From Microthyrium microscopicum (Eukaryota): a stretch of 64,000 nt of DNA. This document shows, one piece after another, positions 58,324 through 64,000 of the stretch. Position 1 is the first letter of the stretch. Each line of letters opens with the position of its first letter. The position numbers and the translations under genes were made by a program. The notes beneath the pieces were generated by a model that worked only from the letters and a program-made list of their open reading frames with translations, was not told the origin of the DNA and ran no database searches. The stretch spans positions 484,153-548,152 of the forward strand of contig MU004231.1 of NCBI GenBank assembly GCA_010405405.1. Direction: 5' to 3'.

Positions 58324-61300
58324 CTACTGTGGGTTAGTCGGAGGGACAGAGGCTTGTTTCTTATTGGCATCTTGTGACTCTGCATCTTCTGTTTCGTCGA
58401 TACTCCGCTTACGAGATGTTGTTGGTGGAGTAATGGCTTCAACGTCTGGGCGCGGGGCCGAGTGAGTAGGCGAGTCAATGGCTGCCCGAACCTGATCAGC
58501 AAGGGAGGGAGCATTGGCAGAGAAGCTGGGAGGACCATAATCTGAGGGAGCGGTAGGCGTATTAGATACTCGCGCTCCGAAGCCAAAGGGTTGAGGTGTT
58601 GCCGATGAGCTTCCAGTGAACCCATTTGGCGTAGCATTAGCTTGAGGCACCGGGGAAGGATTGGGCGGTTTTGACGAGCCTACAACAGTTGTTGTAACAC
58701 TCGCAGCAGTAGCGGAGGCATTTGCAATGGCAGCAGTGGGTAGCGCTGCTGTAGGCGTGTGAAGACCAAATGCATTTGACCGAGCAAACGTGTCGGGCAG
58801 AGCAGAGCTACCAAACGATCTGGATGTGTTGGATCGAGGTTGACTTTGCTCCACGCAACGTCGGAATTGATCAATAATCGACATTTCAGCATCTTCAATG
58901 GGCTTGTCAATCATCTGATCCGGATCCAGGACACGAGCAACGGCGTTCTTCACTATTCGATTAGCCTGGTTCATTGAGATTTCCTGATTGTCTCGAAAGC
59001 TATTGGTGAACACGGTGATGAAGGTATCAATCACATCACGACTAGGTCGTGGTTGTGGTGGCCTCGGCGTCATTGTTGGCGGTTGTTGAGTTTTGGCTGT
59101 TGATGGAGGGAGGCGGTTCTGTGTGTTTGAGGATAGTGGCGGGGGATGATATGATGTGCTTGGTCCGGAAGCGATGGGATACCCTACTGGAGCGTTGGTC
59201 ACGCCGGTTCTTGCCTGATAATTTGGAGGTCTTGAAGCATTTGAGGCATTTGCGTGAGCGAATGGGGGAGGTTGGAAGGACTGTCTAGGAGGATGTTGCC
59301 CCTGCATGGGATATCCTGTAGCAGGAGCGCCATTCGCCATATTTGGGTACGATCCAGGATGAGACGCGTTGTAGCCAGAATAACCTGCTGCCACAGGAGG
59401 ATGATGGGGTGGATGGAACTGGGGAGGTGTTGTTTTTCTCTTCTTCTCCTTCAGAGACTCGAGAGTAATACCGGGACTCACAGCCCACAACCAACCTTTG
59501 CCATCACGTTCAACCTTTTGGAATGTTTTGCCCTGCCCTAAGTTGTGACGAACGCTGCTTTGCCAACCAGTTGTTCCAGCGCAAAACTTGAAGTATGGGT
59601 ATTTCTGTTCAATGGCGGCATATATCTGTTGCAAGTTCATCTTCTGTTCTGGGTGGGCCTGAAGAATTTGATAGATGACGATGATGTAATTCTCCGTAGG
59701 TCTTGCAAGCTCCTCTGGAGTATAGTCTTCCATCTTGCGTTCTGGGGGAGGCGTATGTTCAGGACGAGAAGATTTGGCTTTGGATCCCTCCTTTGTTGTA
59801 GCATCCCCATCAACTACCAACTCGCCTTTAGAGTTTTTTCTATCCTTGTCTGCTTTCCGGCTCTCGGCAATTCTCGCAAGAATTTCTTCGGGTTTCAATT
59901 TGCCGTCCGGATCACTATCTTTGTAGGCTTTCAAAAGCGACTGTCGTTCTCGTTTGGACATCACGCCGTCCTTTGGTGGTCGGCCAGGTCCCTTCTTCTT
60001 GGCCGGAACTACAGCACCTAATGGAAAGCCCTCGATATTGATGTGCTTCCCATTGATGAGTGCAACATCTCGAGATATTAGTGGTGCAGCATCTTGTTTG
60101 TCCTTGTCACTTGCGCCTTTCTTGTCGGCTTTGGTAGAGTTTTCAGCACCTGCTGGGGGGGCGTCCACATCAGGCGAAACTCGTGCCATAGGTTTCTTGC
60201 CTTCTTTGTTGCTCTGAGTCTTGGTTTTGTGCTTTTGGGTAAGCTTTAATTTGACCTTTTGTGGCGGCGATTTTTGTGATGGAATTCCATGATTCTTTTT
60301 CCCAGGCTTTTTCTCGGATGTTCTGCCTACCTTGGCAAGGACAGGATCAGCTTGTTCATTCTCCTCCTGGGCATCCTCGGACTCGACACTTTCTTGAAGA
60401 TCGTCAGAGTCTGACAATTCCTCGTCAAACTCATGATAATGATATCTCTCCTCATCATAATCAATGGACGAATCATCTGAGGAGCTGTTGATCTCTGCTT
60501 CGACATTTTGTCCATGCCTATCTTCGAACATGGTGTTGACACGGGATGGTTGCGTGCCCTCAATCGATTCTTCGTCGTCATCATCCTCAATGTTTGGAAG
60601 ATTGAACGTAAACGGAATGTCTGCGATCTGGAGTTTATCATTATTGCTCAGCGACACCGCTCCGCCCTGGGGCTCAAGATGACCATTGACAAGCACACCA
60701 TTTCGGCCCAAAACGTGAAGTTCAAAACAGCCCAAGCTTGGATTGAACTCGATCTTGACATGCTGTCGTGATACGCCAGTGGTAGCCAAGAACGGGTCAC
60801 CAGGATCTTTGTGGCTATGGACACTAACAAATGGAACTTTATTCGAGGTGGCTGCGGCGTCGGTTTTCTTTGGCTCCATGAGTTCAAGTTGTGTTTTCAG
60901 AGTCAAAGCGTGGTGTGAGATCGCAAGGTCAGACTGAGGAGTGTCGTTTAGTGGTGATTTCGGTGCATCAGCTTTCGGCGAAGTTGGTGCATCAGCCTTT
61001 GGTGATTTCGGTGCTTCATCTTCTGCCAAAGGGAGTACCTCATCTTTTGGTGATGTTGGCGCATCGGCATCTGGTAAAGTGGCTGCTTCGTCTTGTGGCA
61101 ATGTTGGTGCATCAGCTTCTGGCAAAGCTCGAGGAGACTGGTGTGGTGATTGAGATCTTGAAGGATGGACGGGTATTTCGTCTGGTATTTCTTCTGCGTC
61201 GACTTGTATTGTTGCGGGATTTGTATCGAGAGGAAGTGGTTCAAAGTGGCCGAATCCCGAATAATTGAGACCAGCGAATTGATGAACCAGAGCGGAATTG

Positions 61301-62262
61301 TGGGCCTGAGCAACACGATAGGCAGACATATCGCGGCCTATAATGACAGATGGTTTGACCATGATATAATGAGCGTCGGCGAAACTCAACATGGCATAGC
61401 CTTGCTGGTTATCATCATCGGAATCACTCAAGGGGCTGTCGGAGGCCATTGCTTGATCATGCTCGTGGGCATGATCGTAGAGCGCCATGATATCGCCGGG
61501 TTTGTTTTGATTCGGGGTGATATGTCCGGGAGAGTTGTAAGACATGGAGGGAATGTGGGTGGGATCTTGATGGTGCTGGTGCAGGCTGCGTTCATGGAAG
61601 TAGCGCTCAGTCCTTTTCCTGGAGAAGTAAGAGCGGTGGAGGGGGTCGTCAAAAGGAGGGAAGGAGCGAGTGGAGTGATCTAGGTCGAGAAGGTACGTTT
61701 TGGTTGTTATGTATGGGCCCTTCCAGAGGAAGGTGCGGGTGGAGGAGGTGAGGTTAGCAGCATAAGCTCGCTCGTGCTTGCCTCCCCGTGCCCGTCCTCC
61801 TGCAAACTTGAACTTGCCAACCTTAGGCGGGTTGTACCTGGGCAATTGATAGTCGTGGTGGCAGATAGGATCGTCCACGTGTTTCTTGTTGCAGTATTTG
61901 GAAAGACCGTAGCTGTGAAATGGACACTCAATGCAGTAGTGAGCATTCTTCCTTTCAGCCTCTCCGAAGGTTATGCTGCAGTTTTTGCACTGTCTTTTCA
62001 GACGTCGGTCCCAGCGCCGAGCCACTTCCGCTGTCACCCACTCCCCCGCTCCATCCGGCTTAGCGCTGTCGAACGGGATCTTCACTAGCCCCTGCAAGTG
62101 CAAGCTGAGCGGGTTTATCGTGTCAGGCTTGGCAAGCGGAGTGGGTACTGGTAGGGGCTCGTTCCACGTCCCTCCTTCCAAAAACTGTAACCATTTTGAT
62201 GCTTTATCTGTATTCGCAAACAACGCTTGCTCATCAGAGATTGTAAGCTCCAGTGGCTCCAT
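58324..62262 (-). CDS. FHL1: FHA + forkhead-domain transcription factor (Fhl1-like); alternative start at 61545 possible
   Basis: FHA domain (VIIGRD ... GVSRQHVKIEFN...LHVLGRNGVLVNG), AT-hook-like KKKGPGRPPKDG, forkhead RPTENY..IYQIL...MNLQQIY..IEQKYPYF...GWQSSVRHNL. Orthology is inferred from the architecture. Confidence 0.8.
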   Translation of the reverse strand: MEPLELTISDEQALFANTDKASKWLQFLEGGTWNEPLPVPTPLAKPDTINPLSLHLQGLVKIPFDSAKPDGAGEWVTAEVARRWDRRLKRQCKNCSITFGEAERKNAHYCIECPFHSYGLSKYCNKKHVDDPICHHDYQLPRYNPPKVGKFKFAGGRARGGKHERAYAANLTSSTRTFLWKGPYITTKTYLLDLDHSTRSFPPFDDPLHRSYFSRKRTERYFHERSLHQHHQDPTHIPSMSYNSPGHITPNQNKPGDIMALYDHAHEHDQAMASDSPLSDSDDDNQQGYAMLSFADAHYIMVKPSVIIGRDMSAYRVAQAHNSALVHQFAGLNYSGFGHFEPLPLDTNPATIQVDAEEIPDEIPVHPSRSQSPHQSPRALPEADAPTLPQDEAATLPDADAPTSPKDEVLPLAEDEAPKSPKADAPTSPKADAPKSPLNDTPQSDLAISHHALTLKTQLELMEPKKTDAAATSNKVPFVSVHSHKDPGDPFLATTGVSRQHVKIEFNPSLGCFELHVLGRNGVLVNGHLEPQGGAVSLSNNDKLQIADIPFTFNLPNIEDDDDEESIEGTQPSRVNTMFEDRHGQNVEAEINSSSDDSSIDYDEERYHYHEFDEELSDSDDLQESVESEDAQEENEQADPVLAKVGRTSEKKPGKKNHGIPSQKSPPQKVKLKLTQKHKTKTQSNKEGKKPMARVSPDVDAPPAGAENSTKADKKGASDKDKQDAAPLISRDVALINGKHINIEGFPLGAVVPAKKKGPGRPPKDGVMSKRERQSLLKAYKDSDPDGKLKPEEILARIAESRKADKDRKNSKGELVVDGDATTKEGSKAKSSRPEHTPPPERKMEDYTPEELARPTENYIIVIYQILQAHPEQKMNLQQIYAAIEQKYPYFKFCAGTTGWQSSVRHNLGQGKTFQKVERDGKGWLWAVSPGITLESLKEKKRKTTPPQFHPPHHPPVAAGYSGYNASHPGSYPNMANGAPATGYPMQGQHPPRQSFQPPPFAHANASNASRPPNYQARTGVTNAPVGYPIASGPSTSYHPPPLSSNTQNRLPPSTAKTQQPPTMTPRPPQPRPSRDVIDTFITVFTNSFRDNQEISMNQANRIVKNAVARVLDPDQMIDKPIEDAEMSIIDQFRRCVEQSQPRSNTSRSFGSSALPDTFARSNAFGLHTPTAALPTAAIANASATAASVTTTVVGSSKPPNPSPVPQANATPNGFTGSSSATPQPFGFGARVSNTPTAPSDYGPPSFSANAPSLADQVRAAIDSPTHSAPRPDVEAITPPTTSRKRSIDETEDAESQDANKKQASVPPTNPQ
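60950..61125 (-). repeat. Degenerate 24-bp coding tandem repeat (ADAPxSPK) within the FHA region of the forkhead gene
   Basis: EADAPTLPQ, DADAPTSPK, DEAPKSPK, ADAPTSPK and ADAPKSPL units. Confidence 0.7.
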
Positions 62263-62796
62263 CTCGTGCTGTGTAATATCTGCTCCTGCCTTATTAGATA
62301 AACAGTCCTACGCACTCATCTCCATTCGGCCGCAACTACTCCTCCAAGTAGAAGCACCGTAGGGGATTAACAGGATACAGCGGTGCAAACCAAAAGGTCT
62401 TTCACAAGAGCCTTCGACAGGAAGACATCTTCAAGAGCTGGGCTTCATTCAAGGACTGAGAGAGAACGAACATGGAACTTACAATATAGTACAACGCTGA
62501 CTTTTACTCTAAAGAAGAGTTCAATCGTGGATCAGTTGCGTAAGATCGCCGGCATTTTGAAAGCTACGCTGCAGTACTGTACAACTGGGCAGTGTCAATT
62601 TTGAAGGCGGTGCGTGGACAGATTTATGGCCCAGACGACCAGAATATAAATACCTCAGCGGCCACTCTACATACAAGCCTGCAGTCTACCAAACTTTTCC
62701 AACCCAGCACTGGCTGTATAGGTCTGGACTATCAAACTCCGGTACGACTGCACTGGACTGCCAAATTTCATTCTCCATCGGGATATTCCGTTCATC

Positions 62797-64000
62797 ATGG
62801 CGCCAAAACTATTGAAAGCGAACTCCAAAGCAGAATCATCTATTGCGTCCAAGACCAAAGACGAGACAGTCGCTTGGCCAAAGCTACAGCCTATAATACC
62901 ATCGACTTCTCTTGAGTTGACTGAGATCCTTCCTGATCAGATCTTCACCATCTCAAATCTCTGGTCTACGAAGCTTTGTAAACAATATGTCTCCTTTCTG
63001 TCCTCTCTGCCCCTTATGACCACTCCTGGCCGACCCAAGAAGGGTGAGGCTGTCCGAGTGAATGATCGGTTCCAAATAGACGACCCAGGATTCGCCGACC
63101 GGCTCTGGAATGAGACTGCTCTACAAGAGCTTGTTACTGGAAACGCTTCAGGGATGTCCAAAGAGCAGCAACAAGCTGTTTGGGGTGGACTAGTGGTAAG
63201 TCTTAAATAGTTCTGAGTTGCAGTGGGAGCAAATGAAGTGGACTGTGCCAGATGCTGGCTCTAGTTTGGGTGTCGCCAGGACCAGTGCAAATTACTGGAA
63301 AACCTAACCAGCACAAGGAGAAAAGGCGGTGTATAAAGAACACCTGTCTGGTCAGTTTCTGACTCTGTATGCCTCAGGCATTTGCTTGAAGCGAGATGCA
63401 ATACACATCAGTCTCAATGTGAGATGAGCAAAGCAGAAGAGGCTAATATGCTTTCATAGAGAATACTAATAACTTTACTACTGAGCGCGTTACACCAAGA
63501 GCATGGTTATGAACAGTTCACTTTTTTTGCTCTCTACTCTGATAACTGGCTCTGCGCTCTGACTGAGTGCCCTCGCAAGACTTTGGGACTAATGGCGAAA
63601 CCAGGTCGGACTGAACCCCAACATCCGCGTTTATCGGTATACGAAAGGACAGTTCTTTGGGCAGCATTGTAAGTCTATAGGATCTAATGCACCTCGCAGA
63701 CGAACACACAGTCCATACCCGCGCCGACCAGTCTTTCCACCTGCACTGCTGCACTACTTCGCCACCCTCTAGTTCGTTAGCTGACAGCTCCATCCAGATG
63801 ACGACAGCAATATCGTTACTATTGGCACTACTCGAGGCCATACTACCTGGACACTGTTACTCTACCTGACATCACCAGCTACCGGCTGCACCGGAGGCCA
63901 GACCGTCTTCTATCCGGAGGCAGATGAACCGAAAAAGGGGACCAAGACCAAAATCCAGCCGCAGCCGATAACAGTCGAGCTAGAAGTCGGCATGGCGTTA
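62797..64000 (+). CDS. 2OG-Fe(II) oxygenase (prolyl-4-hydroxylase-like), partial at the window end; exons 62797-63195, 63605-63668, 63798->64000
   Basis: GEAVRVNDRFQIDDPGFADRLW, then VGLNPNIRVYRYTKGQFFGQH|YDDS (HxD iron motif across intron 63669-63797), then TTWTLLLYLT...GGQTVFYP. First intron 63196-63604. Confidence 0.88.
63243..63410 (+). ncRNA. Candidate intronic structured RNA (possible box H/ACA snoRNA)
   Basis: Hairpin domain, then AGAAAA (ANANNA) at 63319-63324, then a second domain closed by GTGTAT/ATACAC, then ACA at 63405-63407. Lies inside a 409-nt intron. No target or family identified. Confidence 0.3.

Noticed and set aside
57999..58637. 212-aa and 75-aa minus-strand ORFs overlapping or following the forkhead gene end
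   Set aside because: Alternative-frame or 3'UTR ORFs with no domain and no convincing splice link.
63559..63604. Hammerhead-like CTGACTGA...GAAAC at the end of the long intron
   Set aside because: The core has an extra base relative to CUGANGA, stems I/III with an NUH site are not evident, and the segment is explained by the branch point and acceptor.

Overview
Gene-dense region of a filamentous ascomycete (Pezizomycotina) genome, with short GT-AG introns carrying CTRAY branch sites and clear evidence of repeat-induced point mutation (RIP). About 20 protein-coding genes can be supported: a spliced mitochondrial-type microprotein, POM34, SEN2, a BIM1/X325-like GPI protein, an SRR1-domain protein, TRS20, MRPL31, a tail-anchored coiled-coil protein, an ACS-family MFS transporter, an EXD1-like 3'-5' exonuclease, an amidohydrolase, SHP1/UBX1, a TcuA-like flavoprotein, a BUD2-like RasGAP, a conserved unknown protein, HIR3, a NIPA Mg transporter, an FHA-forkhead factor (FHL1-like) and a 2OG-Fe(II) oxygenase cut by the window end. 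The ORF-free AT-rich block is a complete 9,152-bp Tad1-like LINE (39185-48336, minus strand) destroyed by RIP. It is bounded by an exact 13-bp target-site duplication and a (CAT)n tail. Its zinc knuckles, APE, RT, RNase H and CCHC motifs are recoverable by reversing RIP, and both ORFs appear unusually long. It sits between HIR3 and a divergent gene carrying three transition-type nonsense codons (probable RIP leakage). Other points of interest are a 409-nt hairpin-packed intron, a UUCG-hairpin intron, a 6-nt micro-exon and a probable frameshifted exonuclease tail. All calls come from manual reading and motif recognition; no database searches were run.
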